A DNA stretch of 64,000 nt, taken from assembly GCA_044892525.1 (NCBI GenBank), contig CM097885.1, positions 17,548,001-17,612,000 on the forward strand, given 5' to 3'. The notes beneath the pieces are model-generated. The model saw only the letters and a program-made list of their open reading frames with translations, ran no database searches and had not been told where the DNA came from. Made by a program: the position numbers and the translations under genes. This DNA is from Schmidtea polychroa. Taxonomy: Eukaryota. How positions within the stretch are numbered: the stretch's first letter is position 1; the number at the start of each line of letters is the position of its first letter. Of the stretch, positions 1 through 44,426 are shown piece by piece.

Positions 1-1669
1 TCGCTGAGATACGTTTCTATAATAACTTTATTTTAGACAATTTTGAGGAAAGAAATATAGCTAAATATGTTTTTAATGTATTTTTAAAGAAACTACTTTA
101 AATTGTCATGAAAATGACGAAATATCATCGTAAGAATTATTTTTGAGTTAAAATTAAGTTAAATATTCATGAGAATTTCTAATATTTGTTTTAGAACGAT
201 TTAGAACGATTTAATTATAATTAAAAATATATCTGACTTATATTATGTCAAAATAATTTTAAAATAAATTTCATGAAATTCCTAAAAACCTGAAAATTAA
301 TTAAAAATAATTTATAATACAAATGTTGACTAAAAGTAATATTTAAGAACTTCAATAATGATGTCATATCTATATGGATCAAAATTGAAGTCTTAAAATT
401 TACTTAACATCTTACCTGAAAGCCATTTCTAAGGAAAAATGAAATTCGTTAAATTGATGAGTCACCGATTGTAGATCAATTTGTGTACACACTAACCATC
501 ACTATAGAAAATGTTAAATATTAAATCGAATAAAACATTCTGAAATTGAAAATCAACATAACGATTATGATGACAGTTATTGGCAGCTCCGAAGCTAAAG
601 AAAAGCTGACGGATGAAACGCGATTTAGGAAATCAGTAGATAATTTAAAATAGATAAAAAACAATCAACTTTTCAAAATAATAGAAAAAAATAATTGTAT
701 TTTTATGAATAATAAATGGAATGTTGGAAACACTAATTTGATAAAGCACTTAAAGCACAACAGAAGGGTCAATTTTAATAAAACCATAAACTTAGAAAAC
801 AATTTAATAATTAGACAATGTGAATTCTAATGAAATGCGTTACGGGTATGCGCGCGGAAGAAAGAAAAGTTGAAATACTATTATGTTTATATTTTTGATC
901 GTTGAATAAAATTACAGAAAGGAAAGCATTTCCAATGTCAAATATTGAAGGAATGGACAAAATTCTAAGGTCATATAATTAACAAAAAAAAATTAAAAGT
1001 GATGAAATATTTTTAAAGGACAAAATGTATTAAAGATTTTCGAAGTTTCTTTGGAATTTGGAATTATTATGTGAAATTTATAAAAAATTATGCAAAGTTT
1101 TCAAGGCGATTGGAATCACTATATGGAAGCAATAAGAATAAGTTGATACGGACTGATGACTTCGGAAAAGTATTCATTGAACTACTACACCAGTTTTAAT
1201 ATATCCACATTTTAAAAAGACTTCCATTCTTAAAACTTCAAACGCAAGTTTTAATACAATAAAAGCGGTGTTATTACAAAAAAATTTAAGATGGAAAAGA
1301 AAGAGTAAGTGTTTACGGATTTCATGCAATGAACAGTCATTGTAATGTTCGTTTCACAAAGTATTGTTTTCAGTACATCATGCTGGAATTGAAGTTATGT
1401 TTTACCTCCAGCTTGTCAAACTTTGTAGAGAACAAATGCATTTAGCATCGACAATTGAAGAAGATGGTCCTCCTCATGGTCCTCCTTGTGGTCGAATATG
1501 GCTGCGATTAAATTTGAAAAAATTGTTATGCGATAGCAATTAAATTCAGTGTGCTGAATAATTTTATTAGTTACGTAATTGCAATACACAACATGACGAG
1601 ACATTCTAGTTAGTCGCACATGGGAATACACTTTCATGTCGAGACATACTTGTCCTCCGCTGTGAAGGG
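1..1669. mobile_element. Degenerate piggyBac-like DNA transposon remnant
   Basis: Minus-strand fragment HLLQLSMLNAFVLYK resembles the piggyBac transposase C-terminal helix. A broken Cys/His-rich segment lies at ~1260-1385 (+), and AAGGG|TTAT at 1665-1673 resembles a piggyBac end with a mutated TTAA. There are many stops and frameshifts. Confidence 0.45.
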
Positions 1670-2643
1670 TTATTGAACCATGAAAGTTGAAAGATTGAAA
1701 AAGTTAAAGAAACATCTTTGGCTATGTTCTTAGATATTCAAGGCAAAAAATGGGAAGAAAACAATTGTGAAATTGATTTGGTCTTATTCTTATCAATTAG
1801 TATATTTGAAGCAATACATTCTAAGGACATTCCATCAATTTGAAATTATTTAATTCATATTTGTTTTATTTCACCAGTTTCCATTCTTCCTTTTCCTGAG
1901 ATTATTAGAATTTTACACTCGAAAGTTTATGAAATTTTAACCAATATTTTTAATTAACTTGCTCATTCTTAACAATTCTTTACTTTTATAGAAATGTATT
2001 GCAAAATAAACTTGTATAAAATGCGCATTAATATATTGGGGGTACCTGTCATTGTGTCAATTAATTTAATCTTATAATTATACTGCATTTTTTTACTGTA
2101 ACTAATTTTTTAGTTAATTATTAATAAAATTCAATAGAAGTAATAAATTTTAATTGCTTACACTTGAGTGACCCATAACGCACGTGATAAAGGTCATTCC
2201 AAAAATTTAAGACGGCTTTTAAATCGCTTTTAAATTATAATGACACGCAAGAGCGGATTTGTGCATGACGGCCCCATGAGTAACGGAAAACGTAGAATAA
2301 TTGCAAACGTGGTATAGCAATATAAAATTGTTTTTTTTATAAAATTAATTAATTAACCAACCATTATTTTTTACTGCTAAAATCTAACAGTTCAATTAAA
2401 ATTTATTATTTAGTTTCTAATGGATATACGCCGGCAGCAATCTCTATTCTTCTATTATTCTATTATTCTGCTGACGTTCCTGCAGCATTTGTTAGTCATG
2501 AAAATTCAACCAATCAGATTCCTTCATCAATACTTCTGAATTTTGACTTGATTCTGTAGATATGCATATTTATTTAAATGTTGGACTTATTTGAAATGAC
2601 TATTATTTCAAAATTCAAACTTATTGATTGACTCGATTTGAAA

Positions 2644-27411
<24,768 letters not shown>

Positions 27412-28256
27412 CGTTGAGAATTTATCAAATCCTGAACCTGTAAGGGTCTGGGTTTTGTTTAGGCTTACCCAGAGTTACTATTCAATCAGATGTCAATGTA
27501 GGAGTCATGATTCATGAAAACAAAATTTTATAATTTTTTTATTTGATTGACATGTGAACCCATTTTGTTGATTGGACATACAATATTTGTAATTGCCTAC
27601 GGCAACTCACCAAATTAAAGTGCAAAATAAGAAATTTTATTTGTTTGTTTACTTTGGAAAATGTCAATCTTTTCGTCATTTACAAAATTCTAATTTTAAT
27701 TTTTTGCATTGATTCTATCTGATAAAACAAAAAATTTTTTTGGAATAATTCTTCAAAAAGAACATCGGATTCGTAAGAAAGGTTTCTAAATATTAAAATT
27801 GAAAATAAAAATTTTAAACGATTCAAAAGGACAAATTTTAAAATTTAAAACACCTGGAAAAACCTCGGCCGAAAATAAATAAAAAATATCGATTTATAGC
27901 TAAAAAAAACATGAAAATAAATGAATTTGATAATTAAAACAATTCTACGGTGGCAAGAATAAAAGATTATACTCTGTCATTTCTTGTCATCGTCAGGTAG
28001 GACAGAATAACTATAGATATAATAGATTTTTTAAAAAATTTATTAATTATATTAATTATATAATATATTTTTAAAGAATTAAAATTTATAAAAATTATAA
28101 TGTAAATAATAAATCATTTTTTAAATTGTATTAATTGGAAAAAAAGAAATTTTAAAATATTGAAATCCAATTTAATAATTTAATAAATATTTAATTTAAC
28201 AACACAATCCATATATATAATTTATAAAAAAACTATTTAAAAACATTTAAAACACA

Positions 28257-28490
28257 AGTACGCAGAAGTGTGCTCCATGACTCATCGTTAAACAAAAACA
28301 TATGACCCACCCCCTACTATAGGTGAGTCATTGATGACTCATAACACATATGACTCATCAAATGTGACTCATTTCAAATTAAAATTAAAATTTTTAAAGG
28401 GCCAAATAAGGTCAACCTTTAAGGGTATCATTTGAAAGGTCTTGATGAGCACTATCCAATGGTCATATCCTCGAATGTTTAAAGTGTATC
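28257..28490 (+). mobile_element. Terminal fragment of a related Maverick family
   Basis: AGTACGCAGAAGTGTGCTCCATGACTCATC resembles the Maverick left end AGTAGAGGGAAGTGTGCTCCATGACTCATC. It has further TGACTCA sites and a segment like TIR 35940-35990 (GAAAGGT...CTATC.AATGGTCATATC.TCGAATG). Confidence 0.7.
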
Positions 28491-29237
28491 CAATTTATAA
28501 TTATTTAATTTAACAACAACAATCGATAATAATAATAATTTATAAAAAACTGTTTAAAAATATTTAAAAAACAAGTATTCATTGCATTTTACACGTCAAT
28601 TTTCGGATCCAATGACTTTATCAATAACACTTCACAAATTGATTCAGTAAAACAAATTTGAATTATTTTAAATCTGATTAATTTTGAATTTTAATTTTTA
28701 TCAATTTTGATGGCGATTTATTATAATTTGTTGAGTTATTGGGTTGGTGGCAATATTTTCAAGTCACCAATCAAATCTCAGACTCCAAAGTGTATTTTAT
28801 CTGATCCACAAAAGAACAATTCTCAGATAAGATAAATATTTATTGATTATCACAATTGATTACACGAATTATAACAACACAATCAATTCAATACTCAGAT
28901 AGGTTATTATACAGAGCTTATTACGACACTAGGTGAGAAATAGCTCTACCCGTATAATTCCCGCTGATCTGACTCAATAGTCTGGTAAAGTGAATTAAAT
29001 TTTTTTGCTTTGACTTGAAGTTATTCCTTTTATTATTGAACTCAATTTTAGCGCACAGTTTAGTTCCAACATTTTCTTAAAGTTCCAATTTCTAATTTCT
29101 CACTTGTAATTTCTCTAGATTTCTGTTATATTTAATTCCGAATTATTTTCTCAGCTATTTTTTAATTGTTCCTCTACCATTAACTTTTGAATCAGTAGGT
29201 AGAATTCAATGTCAATCCAAATACGACAAATTTTTTC

Positions 29238-29626
29238 TGTGAGGTGTTTTCAGCTGAGAGTTAAATATTTCAATGGTTTATCAAAATAATTTTAAATTGT
29301 AAATAATTGACTATTAAAATAACTTTTAAATAATTTTTAAATTGGATTTTTTAAGTTGAAATTTTTAATTAAAAATTAAAATAGCTTTGTAAAAAAGAAG
29401 TTTTATTAATGAAAAATTTTTAAATAAATATGTTTTAAATATTGAAATATTTTGATAAATGGTTTTGAAAATATTTTGATAAATGGTTTTGAAAATATTT
29501 TATTCAACGCTGAAAATTTGTTTAAAATTAAATAATATGTGATATAAAAAATACTTGGAATTATGTCGTTCATTTTTGAACCGGATTTAAAAAATAATTT
29601 AGAAGATATGTTAGCAGCTTCTAATA
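29238..29626 (+). repeat. Gypsy 5' LTR
   Basis: TGTGAGGTGTTTTCAGCTGAGAG...GCAGCTTCTAATA, a direct repeat of 62342-62706 with an extra 24-bp internal tandem duplication. Confidence 0.92.
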
Positions 29627-29637
29627 TGTCGACCACG
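29627..29637 (+). promoter_or_regulatory. Primer-binding site, tRNA-Arg-like
   Basis: TGTCGACCACG follows the LTR directly. It is one mismatch from TGGCGACCACG, the complement of a tRNA-Arg 3' end (..CGTGGTCGCCA). Confidence 0.6.
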
Positions 29638-29640
29638 TCT

Positions 29641-30757
29641 ATGGATTTCTTCATAAGGAAGCTATTCTCAAATGATTATCATAAAGGAGATGATATTGAA
29701 ACATTCATTAAAGAATGCGATAGATATTTTAAAATGGTACAAATGCCTACTTCAAGACAAGAAGTGATGATCGAATTACTGATCGACAAGCAGATCACAG
29801 AGATATATACAAGAGTTTATCAAAATATCAAATGTTATAAGGAAAAATTGCGAAAGGCATTCGTCATAAAAACAAGTTTCGCAGAAGATTTACAATCTGC
29901 TATGTCTTATAGACAGACTAGTGAAGAGCCCGATAAATATTCTACTATCATAGACGAGTTAGTCGATAAAATATTGGGGCATGAGTTAAACAAGGAAAGT
30001 TTAACAGAATATCTGCTGGTACACTGTGCAGCCGAGAAGACTTTGAAACGAGAATTGTGTCTAAGTGCTACCAAAGGAACAACGGAAGTGAAGAAAAAAT
30101 TAAGAAGTTACATGAATCTCGTATGGTTGCAGAAGAGATCTACGCAATTAGAGAAAGAAGACCAGAACAGAATATAACAAGAAATTACAGAGACTCGGTT
30201 ACAAATCAAGCAAAAAATATTGTATCACCAAGATATAATAAAGAGCAGAGAGAGCAACGAGAAGAAAGACCGAAAAGAAATAAGAACGAATGCTGGACAT
30301 GTCACAAGGTAGGACATTTGAATAGAGATTGCATAACGAAGAAGGCAGTTACATGTTTTACATGTGGAAGACAAGGACATGTAAGAAGTCAGTGTCCACA
30401 GATGCAGAGAAAGGTAGTCGAATTTTATGCGTGTGGTACCCCGGGACACGTGAGAAGAGATTGTAAAAAAATAAGGTGTACGAGGTGTATCTTGGGAGGT
30501 CTTAAAGAAGTAGATTGTTACACAAATTTGGACAAAATGAGATATCGAAGAATCAATGAGAATTTTGGAAGACAACAAGAACGATACGAAGCAGAGAATG
30601 GTTATCAAGAAACGAGAAAGGAAACAAGACCGATGCAGACAAGAGATACGTAGCATTCATAGACGAACAAAGTGATGAAAGAATAAAAGATAAATACAGA
30701 GAATACCCAAATATCAAAGCCACGATAGAAGAGGAGATAGTGGGGGCAGTGTATTAA
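29641..30757 (+). pseudogene. gag: Gypsy gag (frameshifted)
   Basis: DDIETFIKECDRYF capsid-like region, a frameshift near 30090, then CX2CX4HX4C knuckles CWTCHKVGHLNRDC and CFTCGRQGHVRSQC plus two degenerate ones. Confidence 0.88.
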
Positions 30758-32042
30758 GCAGTAATGCTGACTCCCAAATTATTAATTATTATAATAAAAG
30801 TAAAATATCATGTATTATAGAAAAAGATGTGAAAGATACAAAGGTAACGGAAGATGAAAATAATGTAATAAGGAAAGTGAACAGATTCATAAAAAAGGAT
30901 TTTGCAGAAAAAGAGAAAATATACAAATACTCACCTTAGATAAATGGAAAAATGATTTTATAAGATATGATAAATGCAAGGCCGACCAAGTGTAACTATT
31001 AGAATACAAGACCAGAAGATGGAATGCTTGCTCGATACAGGATCTACAGTAAATATCATGAGTTGAAGCAAATTTGAGAAACTTAAAGATGTAAAATTAA
31101 CAACAAAGACTGATACATTGAGATGTGCAAATAATAGTGTTTTAGAAACGAAAGGTAAAGCAATATTAGAAATAGTAATAAATGGCAGGAAAAGAAGGGT
31201 AAAATTTACGATAGTACAATATATAAACGTTTTGTAGTTATATTGTTTGTTATTCATCATTTTTTCAAGGTTTTATAAATACGCACATATACACGCATCC
31301 CGATTGTCCCGCCACAATTTTTAACAGTGACTCTATCGGGCTCATCAAATTCCTTACAACATAGACATTCAAATACTAACTACATACCCATTACACGCAC
31401 AATAGTACATCACATAGATACTGTAAATCAATTAAGTATAGACAAACCCTCGGACATAATAACACGTAGCATTCATAGACGAACCAAGTGATGATAGAAT
31501 AAAAGATAAATACAGAGAATACCCAAATAATAACGCCCGTTAGAAGAGGAGATAGTCGGGGCAGTGTATTAAACAGTAATGCTGACTCCCAAATTATTAA
31601 TTATTATAATAAAAGTAAAATATCTTGTATTATAGAAAAAGATGTGAAAGATACAGAGGTAACGGAAGATGAAAATAATGTAAAAAGGAAAGTAAACAGA
31701 TTCATATAAAAGGATTTTGCAGAAAGAGAAAGAGAAAATATACAAATACTCACCTTAGATGAATGGAAAAATGATATTATTAGTTATGATAAAATACAAG
31801 GCCGACCAAGTGTAACTATTAGAATACAAGACCAGAAGATGGAATGCTTGCTCGATACAGGATCTACAGTAAATATCATGAGTTGAAGCAAATTTGAGAA
31901 ACTTAAAGATGTAAAATTAACAACAAAGACTGATACATTGAGATGTGCAAATAATAGTGTTTTAGAAACGAAAGGTAAAGCAATATTAGAAATAGTAATA
32001 AATGGCAGGAAAAGAAGGGTAAAATTTACGATAGTACAATAT
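30648..32042 (+). repeat. Direct duplication of the gag-end/protease segment (30648-31222 and 31464-32042) around a 241-bp unrelated spacer
   Basis: Near-identical ~575-bp copies that share the same TGA in the protease frame. Confidence 0.9.
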
Positions 32043-34483
32043 CTGACTCCAGAGGCAATTGGTGGTATAGAGTTGCAAATGGAACGATTTCAAAGAGCAA
32101 AAAATACTTTAAAGATAAATAATTCGATACTATTGAACATTGTAAAAAAGAATCAAAATGTTTTTATGGCTGATAAATGGGACATTGGCTGCACAAAGCT
32201 GTTGAAGCATAAGATAGAAACTCAAGGAAAACCGATAAATATTGAACCTTGGAGACAACCAGTGAACTTGGAAGGTAAAATAGATGAAGCGAAAAAAACT
32301 TATTGGAAAACAATAATATCAAAAAGTGTAATTCGCCATGGAACACTCCATTAATATGCGTCTCGAAGAAAGAAAAGCAAGATATCATATTGTCTTGATT
32401 TCAGGCAATTAAACCTAGTAACAGAGAGACAGGTGTTCCCTATGCCGAATATAGCAGAGATGTTAGATAAATTGGGTGGACCAAAGTATTTCAGTTCGAT
32501 AGATCTTGGAAATGCATATTATCAAGTAGAACTAGAAGATGAATCAAAGTTAAAAACGGCGTATTCAACCAAATCAGGGCAATACTGTTTTAACAGAATG
32601 CCATTTGGAATAGCAGCGGCACCAGGTATCTTTCAGGAACTGATGGGAAAAGTATTAATAGGTACTAGATATGCAGCAGTATACCTAGACGATATTTTGA
32701 TATTTACAGAAACGATCAATCACCACTAGGAAGTTTTAAATGAAGTGCTGTACAAAATTGAAAAGGCGGGTCTTAGGATAAACCCTGAAAAGTGCCAAAT
32801 CCTTAAAGCGGAAGTCAAAACCTTAGGTCACATAATAAACAAAGATGGAATACAGACGGACCCATCAAAGCTAGACGCGATTAGAAGAGCTATGCGGATT
32901 AAACAACAAAAAATTAATTTGGACTGACGGATGCAACATCGCATTCGAAAATATGAAAAATGTTTAAGTATTCTCACCTATTCTAGGGTTTCCAGATTTC
33001 GAAAGAGAATTTATTCTGGATACTGATGCGAGTTTTGACACGATTGGAGCAGTATTATCACAGAAAGATGACAACGGATGCGAAAAGGTTAAAGCATACG
33101 GTTCTCATGCAATGAGCAATCATGAAAAGGGATATAGCATAACAAGGAAAGAGTTGCTGGCAATCTATTATTTTTGTCAACACTTCAATCATTATTTTTA
33201 TGAAAAACGGTTCATTTTGAGAACGGACCATAAAGCTATCAATTTTATGTTATCCACAAAGAAACCAATAACAACTCAATTTCAGACATGGATTAACTAC
33301 CTCAGAGTCTGGATATTAAAATAGAGTATAGAAAAGGTACTGATCTTGCAAATGCAGATATGTTGTCAAGGAGTACACGTGGAACATGCAAACAATGTTT
33401 ATTGGCACACGAAGACGCGAAAGTGGAAAGAATGTAAACTCGGAGAATGAACACGATGGAAAAAGCTGAAGATAACAAGTGGCAAAAAGATAATAGAGAA
33501 ATAGAACAAATAAAAAAAGAAATAGCACAGGGTTCAAGTTGGAAATTTATACTGGTAGACAACGTGGCGAAAACGATAGAGGGTAAGATATGGATACCTA
33601 GAGAAAAAATACAAGAAATGATAAAGTGTATGCATATTTTGCTATCACACGCAGGAGCAGAAAAGGTGACAAAATATTTAGCGGACAATTACGATATGGG
33701 AGACATAAAAGAATCAGTTACAGAAACAATTGGACAATGCGAGGCATGTCAAAGAACGAAAGTAGTGACAACAAAGATGAAGGAAGAGACAATAAAGCTG
33801 ACAGTAGAGGAGCCATGGGAAAAAATGAACATTGATATATGTGTTCCATTACAGGAAACATTCAGAAAGAAAAGATTTATATTCGCAATGATTGATCAAT
33901 TTAGCAGATAAATCTATCTGACTGCTGTCGCTAAACAGGATGAAGAAACGGTGAAGGAAACAATACTACAAAAATGGATTCTTAGATTTGGAGCACCAAA
34001 GGAAATTCACACAGATAGTGGAAAAGTATTTGAATCTAAGACGATGAACGAGTTTACAAAATCAATGGGAATTACACTATGCTTTTCAAGTCCATATCAC
34101 CATAATACAAATGGTGTGATAGAACATCAATTCAGGACAATAAGAGACTATATAAATGCATCATTAAAAGAAAAAAGTAGAACAGATTGGGCAGAGATCA
34201 TACCAGAGATTGAATTTACCATGAATGCAACATTTCAGAAATCAATTGGACGAAGTCCCGCAGAAGTAATATTTGGAAGAAAAATAGCTCGAGAACAATT
34301 TCATAATAAAGCGACGATTTCACAAAAAGAAGATACAAAGAAACAACGCAGACAAAGAGATCATTCAATATTGGAGATGAGGTTCTGGTAAAAGTAGAAC
34401 CAAAAACGAAAGACAAGGAAATAAACGAAGGGCCATACAGAATAATGCAGAAGATCCACGATCCCCGATATCTGCTACAAGAC
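30975..34483 (+). pseudogene. pol: Gypsy pol (protease, RT, RNase H, integrase), disrupted
   Basis: Motifs CLLDTGSTVN (present twice), SSIDLGNAYYQ, RMPFG, YLDDIL, FILDTDAS, KELLAI, RTDHKA, H..LSH..CEAC, HTDSGKVF, SPYHHNTNGVIE and GPYRI, with many stops and frameshifts. The last codons resume at 62280. Confidence 0.93.
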
Positions 34484-39509
<5,026 letters not shown>

Positions 39510-40037
39510 TGACTTTGAGAATAACTGACAATATATAAAGAAATTAAAAAAATAGAATAAATTAAAAAGTAATAATTAGAATAATATAGAAAAAAAAAAT
39601 TTTAAAAAATAGGGTTTGAAAATCAAAATTGACACATTTATTGAAATATTTAAATAGCATATATAAGTAGTTATTGGAGGCTTTATTTAAAATATTTTCA
39701 AATATTTTATTAGGCTTTTAGAAGCTAATTATAGAAGCTGTAAAAAAATTTAAAAATTTTTAGTTTGTGTCATTTTGAAATTTTAAATGTAAAAATTTTA
39801 AAAGTTTTTAGTAAAACAATTCATTCTATTTACAACCAATGAGAATTAAGAGAAAGGAAATAAAAGAAAGATTGAAGGGTATTTTGGGGAAGAACATTGC
39901 TAAATTCCAGGAGATTGACAAGGACTATCGTATAGTCGAAATTTCTTTCATTAAATACATTATTTGCAGCAAAAGGCTTAAATTATCATTTTATTGTTTT
40001 AAATAATAAATGCTGCTACCAAGCAATCATCATTTTA

Positions 40038-40140
<103 letters not shown>

Positions 40141-40427
40141 AGAGAGAGATGTAGTTGCATGCTGACTGCAAACTACTGTTACAAATTATTTTCTCGTATA
40201 CCAAATCTAAAAATGAAAACATTACAAGTTTTCAAAAATAAAAATTTTTACCAATAATATCCTTTCTATGCTGAAACATTTTCGATAATTTTATATGAAA
40301 ATATAATGTTAAAACATAGAAAGAATTGTGAAAACTATAACGAGTTTTCAATAAAATATATACATTATAAAAGAATACAAATCAATAAAAACATTTTTTT
40401 TTTAAAAAGATATATTAATATATCACA

Positions 40428-43400
40428 TTAGTCCGATAAAATGACATCATCAATGTCAGTAACATCATCATTATTTATAATTCTTGGACTGTCCTGATCA
40501 TCGAAAGATGGGCTTTCGCCACCAAAAAGCGGTCCAATCTCTTCATGAGTAAATACCTGGCCAGCATCAGTTTCCTCAAATCCTAAATAATGTCCATATG
40601 CCAGACTGGTATTAGGCCCCACCCATAGTCTCTTGTCATCGTTGTTCGACAAGGCTATCTTCCTATTCTTGAAAGTAAAGAGCTGATGGTTTCTAGTACT
40701 TATTCTCGTTTGTGGCACCGTATATACTACGCTGTTGTTGTAGCAGTCTAAATAAGACTGGTGCCCTATCTCAGTATTACCAAGCTGAACTCCCTTAGCC
40801 CTAAGTGTTGCTGTATCTCCTAACAAACTATAACACTTAGGGCGCAAGAACACCCACTCCTTATAACCAAGCCCTTTACTTTCATCCTTAAATTTCCCTA
40901 TCACAGAATCCAAACTCTTTGAATACAAAGGATGAGCAGGATCATAATTACTAGTGTCTAGAAGATTATCACGAATCATTGCCGGCAAAAGAGTGTCAAG
41001 CTTACAGTGCTTTATCTCTAAGAAAAAGGAGTCGGTGTCGCCGGCAACGATATTTATATCACAGTTAAATTCATTTCTATATTTTGCCAATTCTATATAC
41101 TGTAACTGGTACATCCTCAGTTTAGACAGGTCTAGCACAGATTGGCCAATGTAGCTAGGCCTGTCTAAACATATAGAATCCTTATTTAGATGAGCTGCAA
41201 TCAGATCATCATCAATTCTGATAGATTTTCTGAATGTAGGTTTTGAGGCATATACAATCATCTTTTCAGCTGAATTGCATAGCCTCAAATTCATCCGTTT
41301 TTTAAGGTTTTCCACGGATTTCCCATACAGACTATTATTAAATAATTTATATAAATCTCTATGCAGCTCGCATGTAGAATTTGAGAGCAAATTAGTATTA
41401 GTTGATATGTAATCTTTAAAAATAGGTGCATGCTTAAATTTAATTGCCCTATGTACATTTTTAATTAAAGCCCCCAATTCAATATACAATTTGAGAAGTC
41501 GTCAATGAAGAACATGGTTCTTCTTCGGCCAATGCGTGAGCATCAGCTTCTCAACTTTTGAATCTGGCGGGCACATTTTTTCCGGAGCAATCGGAAAATC
41601 ATTCAAAAAATCATGCAAGCAATCAGGGATATCGATATCAACCTCCATAGTATAGCCATATGGAAGGTTATCAATATCAGCATTCATACATTCATACAAG
41701 ACAGAATCAAGGTCATCATACACCCATTCAAAATCACCATACGGAAGATTTTGGCTTAAGGCCCAACCATACAAGTTGTTTATATCTATATACAAGAGTT
41801 CTGTGTCTTCAGAACTTACAACATAATGTTTGTTAACAAATGTTAACCCACCCCGTATCCCTCCTTCATAGAAATTAAACATTTCCATGTCCTGTAAAAG
41901 TTCAATGGGTTCCTTTAATGTCATAAGCGCTGAGGCCCATGACATACCGGGAATACCATAAAAATTTAGAGGCTCAAGACCATTGTATGCAATGGCCTTT
42001 TCACGGAATTGTGTAAAATAATCTGCGAGGAGAAACACATCAAGTTTAAGGTATGTTAACATATAGTCTAACATATTGTTGCAATTTTGTTGAGTCCAAA
42101 TAACTTGGGCTAATTCATATTCATCATTAGACACAGAATCCCAAATAGGAGGCAATTCAAGAGTTGATTCCAGGACCTCAAGAGATGTAGCGAAGTCATA
42201 AGGGAAGATACCTTTTGCTCGAACAATTGCGCCATCAAAAACAGAAGAAGTTAAAGGCAGATCGGAAAGAGTCTTAACAGCTTTTGCAAGTGATGAATTA
42301 ACAAACTGCATGCTGTCAATAAAACGAACAGGCAGTTTGTTAATGTACGCGATGAGAGAGATAAATTTTTCCGTAGTGGTTGGAATAATATTCAATTCCC
42401 AAGAAGGAAAATTATTCAAACCATACTTCAAAATATGATGGAGGTCATACCCCCTAAAATTGTGAAATACAACAGGTAACTGTCTCTGAATTCTGCGAGA
42501 CACATTACATTTCCTACAGGCAGCACCAAGATACTTACCTGTGAAGTGACAATGGTCCCTAACTTTATCTCTAATAAATTTTTTACAAAGATAGCAGGTC
42601 CTGGAATTATAAAAGGCACGATCTTCAGCGAAAGACAAGGTTTGCATAGGCTTATTACCGTTAATTTCGTAATATGGTAGGACAATTGTGACAGCAATTT
42701 CCTCCACCTTATGCAAGAAAGACAACACGCAATCCTCACCAACAAACTCATAATAAAATCTAGTTTTGTTATAATTGTTAATTAGTAACATGCCTGCTGT
42801 TATTGGCATGTGTTTTTGATGGTGGGTGATATCCTCAGGTAAAATCGACTCAAAATCGGCATATATCACGAATGGCGGGGTTACTGTTTTTGCATAGTTT
42901 GAGAATATTAAATTTTTCTCTTTCGGTAATGTATATAAAGTAGAACCTATTTGATTCTTACGGCATAGGTCTACATGGATATCATATGCGCTCCTATGTC
43001 TGAAGCCATTAAGGCAATGTGGGCACCATTTGACGCGAATCCAAAGGTGACAGGAGCTATTTGGGTGTGAATTCATAAGTTTTTGAAGATCAAAAACTGC
43101 GGTGTAATGAAAATTATCACCGTCTTCTAATAATAATAAATATATGGGTTTACCACCTATAACCTTAGATCGGTGCATAATATCTAACTGGGGATGATGA
43201 GGGATATAATCTTCATTGTTGATAGGTTTCGCTGGTTTATTTCTATATATTAAAACGTTAATAGCTAAGTTCAGTTCACGGTTTTTGCGTTCGAATTTAG
43301 GTATGTTACTTAATCTCATCGGGCAATCACTAATGGGGTCAAAATTAATTTCATCCAAATAATTTTGGTAAGCACTAACTCGATGCTTATTTCTGCGTAT

Positions 43401-44426
43401 AACATCACGCTTTAAGAGGGCTAGAACACTATATATAAAACACATATCATCATCTGTGTTCTGGATATTGACAATTGCGTATTTAGACTTTAACGCTATC
43501 GGGGTGGGGATATAACTATGTCCAGCTAACCTATTCATAATCTTATACTTATTTATTATGAAGTCAATTTCTTTTATTTTAACAACCCGCCATCCGCTAC
43601 CTAAATATGTGAATTTTTCTATCTTATTATTTAATTTAGTGATGCCATTGATTAAAAAGTTTTCTGAAAAAACTTCGGCGTTATTGGAGAAAAAATTATC
43701 TCGGATTTCGCCATCTTTCTCAAATTGTATGAGAACCGTGAACTGAATTTTAACGGGCCCCATACCGTTCATTTCTGATACTAGTTTTTGAATAATTTTT
43801 GGTGTTATTGCTATCTGTACTAAGGCGTCTTTCTCCACGTCAAACCTTAGATTTTTTCTAGCCCCCTTAAAATCTATTTCTATTTCTGGCTCGTCGTCTA
43901 GATCGACTGAACCGCCTATTTGATTATTTAGTATATTATTTAGGATATTATTTAGGTTATTATCTATTTCATCACCACCATCATTAACTTTAACAATTTT
44001 AGATGGAACACAAGACCCAGGACTAACAGCAGGCCGTTTTTTATTTTTAATTAGATTATTATTCACATTTTTAATTAGATTATTATTCACATTTTTAATT
44101 ATATGTTCTGCGCTAATCGCATCATTATTTACAGTTTTAATTATATGTTCTGCGCTAATCGCATCATTATTTACAGTTTTATTTTTATATACAGTTTTAT
44201 TTACAGTTTTGATATGTTCTGTATTATTTAACTTATTAAAAAGTTTCTTTTTATTTAAAGTAAACTGATTTAGATGTTTACTATGTATATTATAAAAATC
44301 CTTATATTTTATAGGTTGGGAAGTCTGGCATAGTGGACATAAATAGTATTTGAGTCCATAGAATTTATGCCCATAGTATTTTTTCATGTTTTTGTGACAT
44401 ACTTTAGTATGCCCAGTCGAAGACAT
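40428..44426 (-). pseudogene. polB: Protein-primed family B DNA polymerase (one in-frame TGA at 41502-41504)
   Basis: ExoI YADFES, endonuclease-VII-like CYLC..RDHCHFTGKYLGAACRKCN, ExoII FHNFRGYD, KGIFPY, ExoIII YLKLDV, motif A YIDINNLYG, motif B KLFNNSLYGK and motif C GDTDS. The two track ORFs are in the same frame. Confidence 0.96.

Noticed and set aside
29563..29640. Track start of the gag ORF at 29563
   Set aside because: It lies within the LTR and PBS. ATG 29641 is the more likely start.
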